Source of the DNA: Paraphysomonas bandaiensis
Taxonomy: Eukaryota; Protista; Chrysophyceae
DNA: 64,000 nucleotides
Direction: 5' to 3'
Assembly: GCA_965644295.1 (NCBI GenBank)
Contig: CBFFRP010000269.1
Span: 6,558-70,557, forward strand
In this document: in pieces, positions 12,097 to 25,526 of the stretch
Layout of the letters: the number at the start of each line of letters is the position of its first letter
Position numbering within the stretch: the stretch's first letter is position 1
Position numbers and translations under genes: made by a program
Notes under the pieces: model-generated
Databases searched by the model: none
What the model was told of the DNA's origin: nothing
The model's input: only the letters and a program-made list of their open reading frames with translations

Positions 12097-14332
12097 ATGC
12101 AAGTTGATAGCCCTCGCAGCCTTCGCAGTGTTGTGACCCTATGGGACCAATCAACCACCAACCAGTCAGTCATGCTCGTGCTCCCAGATGCACTTCAACC
12201 GAAGTTTTATATAGCGGATAAGTTCAGAAGGCGCAATAGAGAAGCTGCTCGAGCGGAGCGCGAAATGGAACGCTTTAAATTCTTGAGTAGAAAACTAGTC
12301 ACTGCGGAAAGGAGTAATGGCAGGAGAGGGAAGCGTAGATCGGTCAGCGTAGGTACTAACCACTTGATTCGTAGCAAGTTGGAAAGGTATTTTTTATATA
12401 TATTTATTAATGATGATGATATACTTTGCAGAGATGTAGAAGAACGATTATTAGTACCGCTCCGACGAGACAAAGCTGCTTTAAAAGAGTTCATGACCAG
12501 AGTAAAACGAATGAAGAAGTCTCGATTAAAGGGTAGTTTGGTATGTGTTTCATATTTTATATGTACAAACACAGTATTTATTGCTGCTTCTAGGTAAAAG
12601 AAACCTCTCAAAATTACTCCAGCGTGGCCGAAGATGGACCTGTTCCAAAGCCTGCATGTGATCTGGAGTATCAGGAATCGGAAGAATCGTTTATGAGTGC
12701 TGACATCAGCTGCCGCACATCTGTTTTAAGTATCCACCCGGATGAAGCCGACGAAAACTCGTCCGTGGGACCGCCACCGAGTATACCTAAACTTGTTCAC
12801 GTAAGTACGCCATATTATTTATAGAGAAATTTAACCTAATGCACATAGCAACCGTCGAGCAATCTCTACAACAAAAGTGTTGCGACATCACAATGGATGA
12901 AAATGATTATAATTATACAGCGGCACCTCAAAATGCAGGCAGCCCTAGTAGAGCACCGTTTGAAGTTCCAGCGTGAGCAAAGCCAGTACGTTATAGCCAA
13001 ATAAATTTTTTGGAGGTAGATCGTGTAATGTGATGTGGGTAGGTTTATGTCGGCTTTGACTATTCAACGAAATTGGCGGAGATCAGGATATGCACATAAT
13101 TTTTCAATGGTCGTAAAACGATTTCTTTACACACAAGGGCGCGGACATGCCCGAGCAGTTTTTAGAGCTCGGCAAGATGCCGCCAACCTGCTCGTCAAGT
13201 ACCTTCTCACTGTCGAAAGCTTTAAAGCGATAGTGAAATCGTTCTATAGGTATGAATATACGCGTTCAACATTCTTTTATAATTCTATTGTATAGTAAAG
13301 TGCGGCATTGTCAAAGACTGATTCGTCAGCACCAGGTCGTCTCAGCAGCCCGTTGCAAACTATTGGAGAAGGTCTTTGATCGTGTGGCATCTATTATTTT
13401 CCTACATGCGGGGCCTATGCTCACAGGTCGCTCTCCCAGACATCTTGATGTCAACGCGGTCGAGAAAATAAAGAACTTCAACGATCCAGAAGTTGTTCGT
13501 AATTTGCTAACACATGACTTCTATAATTACCTACTTCGACTGTACTCTAGTAATCCTACCTTTGCTAGTGTACTTAGAACGACACGACGAGAGCATGTAA
13601 ACGGAAAATGGTGTCCTGACCATGAAATTAAAGCGGGTGCCATAAAGCAGCTATTGAAGAAAGCTAGACATAATTATCGCGTGACAATGAGATATCAATT
13701 CGGCAAAAGGTTTATATATTACTGTGCCTGTATGTGGTGACTTTGCGTTTTTCAGTTTGAGCGTACCCCTTGTTTCAGAACGGGATGTTCGGGCCTACAT
13801 ACATGGCGGGAAGGATCCACTCAGCTTCCACATTGAGAAGCTAGACAACGTAAACAAACTTCCTGGAAAACACCTTAGACGTCATATTGTCCCACCTCCA
13901 TTGCTCGTACTTAACTCTCTATCTTCTGAAGATATTTTGCATTCTGTGGTCGACGTGATGATCAAAGAATATAATGCTAAAAAGGAACGTATCCGAGCTG
14001 CTGTGGAGGAAAATAATAAACAACGCATGTTAGAAGAGTTCATGGCTGGAGCCAGGAAGCGTAGTCCTAGAAGTATGGGTATAAATAGGACTGTATCAAG
14101 TATCACAGGAACTGATTCTACTCGCATGACATCTCCCACGTCACCACGAGGCTTCCATCGTAGTATTACAATGGATAGTGACCCAGTTGAGCAAAATAGG
14201 GTTAGGGAGTCAATAGTGCACCCCAAACGAAAGAATTCACCGGAGATCGTGCGACCAACACCTCCACCTTTGATGGAGAAACCATCTACCCGTCCCCCTA
14301 GGACACAGCGATCCATTATTACTGACTTTTAG
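12097..14332 (+). CDS. Hypothetical basic/coiled-coil protein with IQ-like motifs (multi-exon)
   Basis: Chain of plus-strand ORFs separated by short introns. IQ-like segments ALTIQRNWRR and IIIIQRHLKM. Confidence 0.7.
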
Positions 14333-14706
14333 ATATTTACAACGTCCTTTATTAGTGTGTAGATATATGCGTTATAATTTCTCATAGATATTTAATTTTA
14401 AAAGTAGTATTAAACTTATAGTGTATAGTGTATAGTTTGTCTCGTAATAATGTCACTAATTTTATTGCAATAAAACACAGCAGTTAGTAATAGCATAAGT
14501 AATAAGTAAATGAGAATGCAATAGCCGCAGAATATAGGTTATGATGTCACGAAATAATAATACCCTTTTCCGGGGCGAAGTGAGTATGGTGGTAGGTGGT
14601 CCGACGCAAAATATTTTGAACTTTAGTATTATATATTATATATCATACATCAGGGCTGCGTATCAATTAATTGTAAAATAATTATAACTGCTATTATAAC
14701 TTGCTG

Positions 14707-15061
14707 TGTTGAGTTCTGCAATATTATGATGTAATATATAATATATATTGTGCCATTGAAGTGAGTTAACAGTGTGCAATAGGTGAAGTCAACTCATAGG
14801 TGATTATAGTTACAAAGGAATTAAATTTAGTTTTACTAATGTGTGACTATATATAAAATATAGAACAACTGACTGACGAACATGTGATAAACAGAGATGT
14901 TGTTGAGAGCAGATGTTTTATCAGATTATACACGAATGTGTAGTGAAGAAGTGTTCAGAATAATAATATATTTTCTTACTTGAAAGTGCATTGTGTTACA
15001 TAGCAAGGTGAAGGTTTACGTGCAGAGCAAAGTTAATTAAGTGAAATGTCCAATTATATCA
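14707..15061 (+). mobile_element. solo LTR
   Basis: Starts TGTTGAGTTCTGC, the same 13 nt as the LTR start at 16036, and ends ...ATATCA. 5-bp TSD TGCTG at 14702-14706 and 15062-15066. Confidence 0.7.
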
Positions 15062-15249
15062 TGCTGTTGTCTCAATTTCGACTATTATTGTAATTAATTG
15101 CAATTATTAGTACTAAGCTACATTAGCTGCCAGTATAGTATTGCAGAGGCGACGGTACATACGTACAGACATAAGTAGCTCTAAATGTCGAGGCCTCATA
15201 CTATAATAGCAGCATTGTTGCCCAGTGACGCTCGATAATTCGGTGCCTT

Positions 15250-16036
15250 ATGATGAGTTCGTCAAACAATATGCGAGCGTCAAACATTATGACGCAAACT
15301 GTTTATTCAGTTCCACCAATTCGTACTGGGTTTCCCCACGAAATCTAATAACCAATTTATTTACCAATTCACTTGCTAACATCTCCTTATCAGGATCATC
15401 AGGTGGAAGCATATCCTTCTCTCGGAAGTATTGATCAACAATCTCAAGCGCCTCCGCAACAGGTTGAACAGCTTCGAAGATGGAACTGATGCAGGTGTCT
15501 TTCCTCTCCAACCACTTGTCGAGGTCTTCCTTATACTTGTTTTTCACAGCTGTGGACGCATTGTCAGCAGGTCGATGCGGTCGCTCTTCCAACCCAAGAT
15601 GGTTCCGATTCTTTCTCAGAAGCCAAACTCTCAATCGCTTCGTCCAGTTCACAACACCGAACTGATCGAACTTCGGAAGGTGTTTTCATTCCGAACTACA
15701 ACTACCATCCGCTACCATGTCAAGGTTTGACATTATATGAGAAGTATTAACTTAACAACAGAAGGTAACTTATACTCAAAGCTGAGAATTATAAATTATA
15801 TTCAATATCTCTTATCATTCATCAATATCATGTTGTCTCCACTACCACTCATTTCTCGTACGACGATCTTACATCGTCACTACAACTTGCATCGTCACTA
15901 TATTCCGTTTTACCGCTATATACTTATCGTCATTCATTCTCACAATACGATTAACAAGACTACAACTGTATAATACAGTAATTTAAATACCTTATAACTA
16001 CAGCTTTCAATTGCTCTCATATAGCAGAACTCAACA
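15250..16036 (-). mobile_element. Truncated Copia element: 5' LTR (15718-16036), PBS-like site, gag fragment
   Basis: LTR TGTTGAG...CTTGACA is immediately followed by PBS-like TGGTAGCGGATGG. Next comes an ORF NWTKRLRVWLLRK...DLDKWLERKDTCISSI resembling the N-terminus of Copia Gag. Confidence 0.75.
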
Positions 16037-16615
16037 GTTACCAGGCCCTGCGCATTATCACAAATGATAAATGATAGATAGAAGCAAGAAGTCAATCATA
16101 GAAAATGTGGAGCCCCTATTCCTACATGACACTTCTTCGTTATTATCGCTTATTTTCTCAATGACTTCTAGTGCAATGCTCATTTCTCTAATTAATTAAA
16201 TGAATTACTATGTGAGATAACCCTATATGGATATTATAATCTTTCACCAATCTTCGATTTTATCGTAAAATTGGATTTTAGCAATAAAAGTGCCGTTTTT
16301 AATAACTTTTTAGTATAAAAATCAAATTAATTGACGAAAGCTGGAGTCGATTATAATATGATTTGATGTCTTGATGTCCCAATTTCAATTTATGTAATTT
16401 CAATAATTGACAATTAATTGATGCATGCAGTCCTGTCATACACATTTTTCACAAGAATACCAACGTATTCCTTGTAGAAACTCAGGATGGAGAAATATTT
16501 AAGCAATAATATTTTGTTGCAACATGTGTTCTTGTCCATTACTAATGTACAACGTACAAAGTACAAAACACAAAAATAAAACTGTTGTTTCATGTGACTA
16601 CTTCATTAAAAATGA

Positions 16616-17920
16616 CTACTTCTGTAAATATACAAACAAGCCTGGAATGAAAGTGCCCAAGATTGATCCAAATACGGCGACCAGTGTGCGAGACCGAAGC
16701 GTAAAGTTGCCAAAGAATGGAATTTCAATTTTCACAAAGTTTAAGCACCCAACGAATGTATTTATTGCATTGATCGTATGTGGATTCAGAGATATTCGAT
16801 TAAACCCATTTACTGATTCAGGTTCATCTATATTGATCGCGGAGGAATTGACAACGCGCATTAGTAGACTCGTAATTTCTCTGCATACTATGTTTCCAGT
16901 CTCATTAGCGGAAGCAAGGAGTAACCCTAATTCAATGAAGTATAATAACGAAACAATAGTGAGTCCTATTATTGACCCCAGGGTGTAAAACTTCAAGTAC
17001 AGAGCCCATATACTGGACATGATAAGAACCAGCGGTATGCAGCAAAGCAATAAAATATGACAACCCCGTCGCTCAGACGTTAACATACAGGCGCTATGTA
17101 AAGCGTAGTAACGGGAAATAAGCATCCGAAGGGAATTCATGTGAGAGGTATTATTAGAGACATCGGCAACTACTGCAGAGTCTGAACGTGAAGATTCCCG
17201 CATATCTAGTCCAGTCTCCTCATCCACAGTCGAAGGCCTCATACTACACTTAATTAGTGGGTTATCAGGTTGGATGCAAGACGCTTCAATTGAGAGCAGT
17301 TGGCCATCTTTATATTCTCTACGAATGGATCTGAGGTCATGGATGAATACATGCGCATTACGCCGATGGGCCTCAAGAATGCATGTCATTATTGCGAACA
17401 CCATAGCCAACGGGAAGACATACATTAAGAACCAAAAAACCGAAAACACACGAGTCGGCAGCGATGTATCATAGAGAATCATATAAGCTAGAGTGCCAGA
17501 AGCGATAAGAACCGTATTAGCACGACAAAGGTAATAACAAAACACATGAAATGAGAACCGAGAATGGTCACTGCATGTACTTGCTTCAGTAAACAGATCT
17601 CTTATATCATCTGAGGTACAGATGTCCTTTAATAGAGGGAAGAGGGCGTACGGCAACCACACATATAACAATATTTGCAAAATAGTAAAAAATGCAAAAA
17701 AAGCAACACTTGCAGAACTATCAGTAGAAAATGGACCATGATGCCATTGTGGAGAGAATAATGAGATGATAAGAAGGACTATACCTGCGACCATAAGAGC
17801 CGTCCATACGTGATACGTTACTGATAGAGCTCGACGATAAGTTGCAGACGTGAATAGCAGAAGGAATACTTGAGTTTCATATGGGAAATAACTATTCCAT
17901 GAATTGGAATGTGGAGACAT
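16616..17920 (-). CDS. 7-TM gustatory-receptor-like (7TMIC/GRL) membrane protein, single exon
   Basis: Seven hydrophobic segments, a long loop between TM4 and TM5, and a C-terminus VKIEIPFFGNFTLRSRTLVAVFGSILGTFIPGLFVYLQK resembling the split TM7 of insect Gr/GRL proteins. The ORF is open to 18007. Confidence 0.65.
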   Translation of the reverse strand: MSPHSNSWNSYFPYETQVFLLLFTSATYRRALSVTYHVWTALMVAGIVLLIISLFSPQWHHGPFSTDSSASVAFFAFFTILQILLYVWLPYALFPLLKDICTSDDIRDLFTEASTCSDHSRFSFHVFCYYLCRANTVLIASGTLAYMILYDTSLPTRVFSVFWFLMYVFPLAMVFAIMTCILEAHRRNAHVFIHDLRSIRREYKDGQLLSIEASCIQPDNPLIKCSMRPSTVDEETGLDMRESSRSDSAVVADVSNNTSHMNSLRMLISRYYALHSACMLTSERRGCHILLLCCIPLVLIMSSIWALYLKFYTLGSIIGLTIVSLLYFIELGLLLASANETGNIVCREITSLLMRVVNSSAINIDEPESVNGFNRISLNPHTINAINTFVGCLNFVKIEIPFFGNFTLRSRTLVAVFGSILGTFIPGLFVYLQK

Positions 17921-18016
17921 TGCGAGCCAGAGGTTGACATGCTTAATACCACAACTTAACACTGAACAACTGCTGTACTTATACACTCTGTACGTACGTA
18001 CGTACATACCTACCTA

Positions 18017-21000
18017 GAGCCCGGTGCCGATCAAGACACGGTTGGGGGGTTTTTGGTGGTTCAGTGCCAGAACGGACACGTTGGAGGGTTTTTTGCTTTT
18101 TTGGGGGGTTTTCTGATCATTCCAACATACAGCACACAAGCCCAAGTGTAGCTAACAAATCCATACATCAATTCGAATGTCTATCTTAATAAGTCAAATA
18201 TATCCACTTATTCAGTGATGAATTGTGATCCTGTATTGACTATGATGAGATATCATTTTACTTATGCACGTGATGGAACTCACAGAGGAAGGTCAAGTGT
18301 TTCCAGACTTTCAATCTATCATGAACCACATGCAACAGATAGCCAGTTGTGGAGGCACACGTACAGGAAAACAACTGCGACGCGATCCACATGTAGCTCA
18401 AGGAAGCAATAGAGTTACTATGATATGTATGAATCCAGCATGTGCTCTAAGATTATGTGCTCGGCGTAAGCGTGATAAAACATACTATATGGATAGTGCT
18501 GCAAGTATTAAGGAGCATTATGTGTTGAACGAGGATGGTATGAGAATTCCTTGTGTCGTCTTCGGAAAAGCATCACAGGTTTATATATATATATATGAAT
18601 GAACTTTTCATTATTCAGTTCTTCAAGAACGAGGTGTTGAACAATGAAAAGTTTGCAGTGATCATGAAGGATGTTGGAGTCGGTCCTCGTAATATTAGCA
18701 CTACCCGCATTCAGGTGAGAACACACACACATCATTGCCATCATATACGAGCTATAATGTTCTTGTGATGCAAGGCATTTACTACTGTAATTTTGTATGA
18801 AAATCTTATGATATGGGAGGGTGAGAGAATGCGCCATTTATTAGTATACCTACGCGTTTCTGTTCTCACCACTGAATACACAAATATATTAGTCGACACA
18901 AAGATATATCGCAATGTATAAAATATAAGTGCTCTTTTAACTAGCAACTTCTGTTGGTTGATGGCATAAATGCCACGCCCGATGTGGTTAAGAAAGCTGC
19001 AGCACTCAGTCGAATTCAAGTAGAAGACCAATTGGGCAGTTTTTCATTGCTAGAGCCATTTCTAGAGCTGTACAAAGAACAAAATCCCGGTGCTCATTAC
19101 GAACTTCGCCGTAACGATATTACGGAGGAGTTTAATAGTTTAGCATTTGTTTTTCCATACGTTAAGAATTGCATTGAACACGAGTACCTGAGGCGCATAT
19201 TTGGTCTGGATGTTTCTCATATGAAGAAGATTTCCCTACAGGGCGATATCATTATACGACCAATGTTTTTAACGGTTGTGAGTGGACGAACCCTTGATAA
19301 TCACATGATAGTATGTGGGTTTGCAATAACATTTGCTGAATGTAGAGACGACATAGACTTTTTGAATGCAGCTATGATAGAAGCTGGGGTCGTTCTCAAT
19401 GATCCACGGAATACTATTTTGAGTGACCGAGGTACTGCTGAGATATCATTTCTACAGAGAAGTCTCCCGTTAGCCTTTGAATTTCATTGTGGAATTCATT
19501 TGGAAAGAAACTTGAAGAGCAAGGGATGGTCACATTGGTTGCCACTCTACTGGAAAGCACGCAATGCTCCAACTATCGTTGAACATATGAGATGTATGAG
19601 GTATGAGGTAAATGATTGCAATACAAGAGTAACATATATATACTTCTACTATAGTGTCATAGAATCTTCATGCAAACCGATGTATGAGTACCTAAGCAAA
19701 CTCAACAACTGGCAGTTATACCAAGCTGTGGACACAGGGCATATGTTGTACGATTGGAAGAGTGATAATATTGTTGAAGCAATCTTCGCATGGTGCCGTG
19801 AAACAAGATTTCTGAATCCTTACATGTTTGTAAAGAAGTTTTTAGTTGATATATTAGAGAGTAATAACAGGCGGAAGGATGACATTGCTCGGTTGCAGAC
19901 TGTACTCCATCCCCAAGCTGAACAACACTTTCATGTAATATCGCACGTGTAAATTGTGCAATAGTAAGCTTAATATGTTAGGTAATGTGTATAATTGCTT
20001 ACATTCTAATATTTTATACTTGATAGGATATACAGAAAAAAGTCAGACATTGTCCAATGGAGGTTCACATTCTCGATACTGTGAGCGAGCGAGGTATTGT
20101 GCATACCATCACGGATGCAGTGCATAGAAGCGAGTTGAGAAATGTGGACTTGTCTAAGCAGAAATGCGACTGTGGAAAGTATCAACAAACAGGACTACCG
20201 TGTAAGGATGCGTGGTTCCTGCTTAAAGAGTTGTATCCGAATGGAATGCCACAAGACCTATTTTCGGAGAAATACTTTCATAAAGACTGCTTTACTATGA
20301 GAGTAAAAAATATGTTTGCAGACGTGCCTGAATTGTTAGGCACGATTCCCTCTACTTCAGAAGTTGATAATCGATTGCGATCCAAATCGTTTAGGACTAT
20401 CAAAGCTCCTCTTGCTAATGATTCCAAGTCTTACAGGAGTTCGAAACGATTGACTAGTACCGGAGAAAGTTCTAGCAGGTGCTGTCAGATATATTTATTC
20501 TTATACATTTATAACGCACAACAGTTCTACTAGTCAGGCTTCATTCAAAAAGCAAAAGAAACAGTGTCCCGACTGTCACCAGTGGCTCTCGCGCAAGACG
20601 CTGCATCCCACCAGTGCATGTAGCAGGTATTGTATTCGAAATGGCATCAGTCCGCCTGAGGTTATTCTTTCCGGCTATATTGACGAGTTGAGTTACCCTG
20701 ATGATATCGCTGAGCTATCAGAATCGCCTGCTGAAGAAACTGCAACACACTTTAGTTAGAAATCGGTTATGTATTCCATAATTTATGTGGCCGCATGTAT
20801 ATTATCGTTTAGTTGGGCAATTACATATCTTTAATTTTAACGAAATGTGTCTTTACTGTCGTTGAGTTGTTGCTCAGTGATAAAATTCATGCACGGTAGT
20901 GTTTAGTGTTTTAAACTGTACTTGACTAGCTAGAACCTTTGTCATACTACTAATAATAAATGATCACATTAACCACTTCTTGTAATATTCTAGTTAGTTG

Positions 21001-21833
21001 AAATAACTTTTGTAATTCTGTGATAGCTAGATACTAGGGCTGATGTAAAAGAGTTTGAAAGTTGTCCTTATCTATACTCTATACAGTCATTGAAAATTTA
21101 CATGTCATACACCCTGATAATACTAAACTGAAACCAAGACTATACACACAGAACGGGGGGTAGGCGTCCTGGGGGCACAACAACATTACTTTAAAAGGAA
21201 TAAAACAGCTATATCTTTTAGTGTGTAGTCAAAAGTCAAAAGAATATCAATACACGAATTACAATATCATTAACAGAAGCACACAAATTCACTGTTATAA
21301 AAGTATACATAATACCAACAGTATGGAACTATTCAAGCAGCCACTAATCCACCTTCTACGAGTTACTTGTGCTCTTGCATGGCGCCATAAGATTCATTTG
21401 GCAACAAAGGCAGGGGATGTCAATCAAAGAAGATTATAGATATGCCAATATTTACTCATATATTTCTGATTCCTACACCTGTTCATCTGAAAGACTCCTA
21501 TATTCGATCTCATCGGAGTATAAGAGTGGCTAGCAGGACTATGAATGCATGTTCTTCGAGATCTAGCAACTGCTCCACGTTGGCCTTTTATAGCCCTAGC
21601 TGTGTCGATAGAGCATCGAGCTGGGTCCCTCGTCCAACTGGAAAGCCATTCACAGGGGAGTTGTGAACACAATGTACCTTCCTGCCTTCTATATGTTGGC
21701 AGTGAGTGTGCTGTATGTTGGAAAGGAAAATGTCAGAAAACCCCCCAAAAAAGCAAAAACCCCTCCAATGTGTCCATTCTGGCACTGAACCACCAAAAAC
21801 CCCCCCAACCGTGTCTTGATCGGCACCGGGCTC
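18017..21833 (+). mobile_element. Mutator-like element (MULE), apparently full length
   Basis: ~120-bp TIRs (18017-18137 / 21706-21833) starting GAGCCCGGTGCCGATCAAGACACGG. TSD TACCTACCTA on both sides. Internal transposase gene. Confidence 0.93.
18264..20759 (+). CDS. MULE DDE transposase with SWIM-like and C-terminal zinc motifs (multi-exon)
   Basis: FGLDVSHMK (D), ILSDRG (D), HCGIHLERN (CxxH), DNIVEAIF (E), SWIM-like CDCGKYQQTGLPCKD, terminal CPDC...H....C. Confidence 0.88.
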
Positions 21834-22355
21834 TACCTACCTACCTACCTACATCCATCCATACATCCATCCATCCATCCATCCATCCATACATACATAC
21901 ATACATACATACATACATACATACATACCTACATACATACATACATACATACATACATACATACATACATACATACATACATACATACATACATACATAC
22001 ATACATACATACCTACATACCTACCTACCTACCCCTACCTACCTACCTACCTACATACATACATACATACATACATACATACATACATACATACATACAT
22101 ACATACATACATACATACATACATACATACATACATACATACATACATACATACATACATACATACATGCATACATACATACATACATACATACATACAT
22201 ACATACATACATACATACATACATACATACATACATACATACATACATACATACATACATACATACATACATACATACATACATACATACGTACATACAT
22301 ACATACATACATACATACATACATACATACATACATACATACATACATACATACA

Positions 22356-22384
<29 letters not shown>
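21834..22384. repeat. (TACA)n microsatellite with TACC/TCCA variant blocks
   Basis: Directly visible; abuts the MULE right end and ends ~45 bp before the SDR start codon. Confidence 0.99.
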
Positions 22385-22386
<2 letters not shown>

Positions 22387-22427
22387 CCTGATCTTTAAAG
22401 GTCACTCTCTTCACTTCTCTCGCTAGT

Positions 22428-23509
22428 ATGTCAAGTGTGTTCTACGGTACTCTTGCTGCATGTGTTTTGGGTATATTTATTGCACTGTGGCCTGCTTTAA
22501 ACTTGAGTCCAGTGCAGTTACAGGGAGCAAGATGTCTAGTTACAGGAGCCAGTTTAGGTGCATATTTACAATAGAAATCAAACCATCTCAATGTAGAATA
22601 TACTCATACAGGGATTGGGAAACAACTAGCTCGAGAATATGCTGATATGGGAGTGTCTCAGCTTGTGTTAGTTGCACGATCAACAGATAAGCTGCATGCA
22701 TTGAGGGATGATATCGTTTCATCGTTTCAGGTGATTCTTTACATGATATGGTTCTGTTACATGTTACTATTAGCTGCTATGTATGTTATGGGCTCACGTG
22801 TTGTATAACACTGTATATTAGAGGGATGGAGCCACTGTACCTGTCATTCATGTGTTGCCTGCTGACTTATCAAACGAGAAAACATGTCGCGATGTCATCG
22901 AGAATGCTGTCGAACTCATGGGCGGTATTGATTATCTGGTGCTTAACCACATCACAAACAGTCACTACGGATTATGGACAACACATGATTCCCATGATTT
23001 TTTGGAGCCAATGTTTCAAGTGAATACGTTCTCCTATATTTGGCTCACTAATGCCGCTTTGAAATCCTTACAAGTTAGTGTAGAATACATGCTTTGCATT
23101 GCGATTTATTTATTTTGCATTATAGGAGAGTAGAGGTCAGGTAGTTGTGATATCATCTTTTGCAGGATATGTTGGTGTTCCCCATACTGCAGTGTATTCA
23201 TCCACCAAGCACGCGCTTCGAGGGTTTTTCAACGCCCTCCGTACAGAACTTGAACAATACTATCCCAACAACACTGTCGGAATCACTATATGCAATATTG
23301 GAGCAGTTGATACGGAAGGATCGAAGGAGTTTCAGTCTCGCATATCTGTGGATTGGATTGAGCCTACACGTGTTGCTCGCGCTATAATAGAAGGTGCTGC
23401 ACGTAGACAGCGCGAGGTCTATTATCCATTATCTATTTACTGGTCCGTTATATTTCATTTTTTCTGTCCGTACGCATTAGAAGTGATTTTACACATGACC
23501 ATGCGGTGA
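22428..23509 (+). CDS. Short-chain dehydrogenase/reductase, 11beta-hydroxysteroid dehydrogenase-like (4 exons)
   Basis: N-terminal hydrophobic anchor, TGASLGIG (spliced), LVLNHI (HSD11B1-like) and catalytic YSSTK. Confidence 0.88.
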
Positions 23510-23904
23510 TTGGAACTATCAATGCACCGTGTGTACTATGAGCTATGCTTCTGCTCGTTTCTTCAATTTGATTGACTGAGTTGGATATGTGATTACACTG
23601 CATACTCTTTTGTACTGACACTTTGAAGTATCAGTGTTGCGAAAAGACAAAGAGAAGTACAGATCTTATACATAATTAATTATATGTAGCTCATATTTAT
23701 TACGGCGTTTCAGTGGTGATGCGTCATTTATCCTTCGTATACAGTATCACTCGTCAGTAGTAATCCTTTATTATTATCGTCTACACCTAGGGTAGTTAGT
23801 TCTGTACTCCGCATAAAGATAAGACTACACAATGCATGTAAAGTTTAAACAAGTTCATCATGAAACACCCATCATCATTATGTATTGTCCATTAGAAACT
23901 GTAG

Positions 23905-24308
23905 TGATAAGTGATAAGCGTGTAAGAGTCAAAACTATAATGTAGCAAAACAATTTAACTACCTAGTGCTCAACTCTGATATCCTACTATTTAACGCTAC
24001 GAAAGTTGCTTGTGCGTCACCACAAGCACCAAGGTGCAACCACTTTCGTTCTCTATCCTTAAAATGAAGTAGCCCGAATGCTTAACTTCAGCAGGCAGCC
24101 CAATACCCCGGGTGCATGTTTATTCGTCAAGGCCCAAAGACGCCTACACAAGCCCAATATATTATTGTCCCAGCGTCTGAGTGGGAAGAACAATATCTGC
24201 TGATTCTAACTATATATGCGGCTCACGTTATTTTCTTGGAGAAATATCTTCAGTACGTATCTCCCAGAACACCACGAAAAGGTGCGAGTCCGACTTTTTG
24301 TTGAGTGG
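23905..24308 (-). repeat. Dispersed ~0.5-kb repeat family, copy C (internally deleted)
   Basis: Reverse complement begins CCACTCAACAAAAAGTCGGACTCGCACC and ends ...CTTACACGCTTATCAC. The 3' part matches copy D. Confidence 0.8.
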
Positions 24309-24944
24309 TGCATCACTTTCTGCCTAACGATAACTTCCGGCTGTTGTATGCAGAGAAGTTAACCGTTTCGCATATTGCGGTAGAGCCAAGGTTAAGGAAA
24401 GTTCACATCTACGACAGCGCATACTTAATACAGTCCTGACATGGGACAAATACTTCAGCATTGGTCGGAATAGAGCTAAAGCATAATTTGGACTCGACCT
24501 GAACAAAACCAGAAGCTCCGACTGTGGCTTTCGACTTGATTCTCTCAAACATATGTGTCTAGATTGTTTACACGACACTAGTTTTTCTCAAAATATCGTT
24601 AAAATCCCACATTTGGATGATGCTTACTGAATGAATATATGCGATCAGTCTACAGTTGTACAAGGTACAAGAAGGACAGTACTTTTTCAACTTACAGCAG
24701 TTTGACAGAAACAGTACGAATTCTAATACAACATAAATAGCGTTTTAAGTTGCAGGTAACTATCAGAAATTTTATTCTCATATTATATAATAGAAGATGC
24801 GTTATGAGGTTATGACGAGTAATTTATGATTAATCACAAATCAATTTTCAAAGACGCACACAAGCATGAGCAATATTATATATATAATATATTGAGAGGC
24901 CAAATTTTGTCGTATATATAATAATAAATACATATAATATAACA

Positions 24945-25050
24945 AAATTATTTGTCAATTATTGAAATCCAATAATTGAAATTGAGAGACCAAGTAATAG
25001 TTGCATTTATAATTGACTACAACCTGCCTGTTAATTGATAGAAATTTAAT
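24945..25050 (+). mobile_element. hAT subterminal relic of the same family as 14651-16435
   Basis: TTGTCAATTATTGAAAT...AATTGAAATTG...TATAATTGACT aligns with the reverse complement of ~16330-16420. Confidence 0.55.
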
Positions 25051-25051
25051 T

Positions 25052-25526
25052 CCCACATCAAAGTCGGAATCGAACCGTTTCGTGGTGTTCTGGGGGAGAG
25101 ATCCTCTCTGGGAAACTAACGTGAGCCACAAACATAGTCAGCAGATATTGTTCTGCCCACTCATAGCTGAATGCTTGTGTGGTACAAGGGACGCCAATAA
25201 GTGTTACTTGTGTAGACATCTTTTTGGGCCCTGACGAATAAATAGGCATCCGGGAATGGGCCCACCTCAAGGGCATCCGGGACAGGGCCCACCTCAAGGG
25301 TAACCTGGGTATTGGGCTCTCTGCTGAAGTCAAGCATCCGGGATGTTCACCTTAACAACTCAGAGCGGAAGTGGTCGCACCTTGGTGCATGCGGCGACGA
25401 ACAAGCAGCTTCCGTAGCGTTAAATAGTAGTATAAAAAAAGTGTTTACAGGTAGAGGTCTAACTAGTTTGTGTACGCATTCATCTAGCTACTATAAGCAG
25501 GTTTTTAACGCCTATTGCTAATAATA
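25052..25526 (+). repeat. Dispersed ~0.5-kb repeat family, copy B
   Basis: CCCACATCAAAGTCGGAATCGAACC ... TTAACGCCTATTGCTAATAATA; collinear with copy A. Confidence 0.85.

Larger units (their letters stand above)
14651..16435. mobile_element. Non-autonomous hAT element carrying nested LTR-retrotransposon pieces
   Basis: TIRs CAGGGCTGCGTATCAATTAATTGT / CAGGACTGCATGCATCAATTAATTGT. 8-bp TSD TCATACAT (14643-14650) vs TCATACAC (16436-16443). Confidence 0.8.

Noticed and set aside
25226-25265. CTGACGA as a hammerhead ribozyme core in the repeat
   Set aside because: No stem II/GAAA/stem III arrangement could be built.
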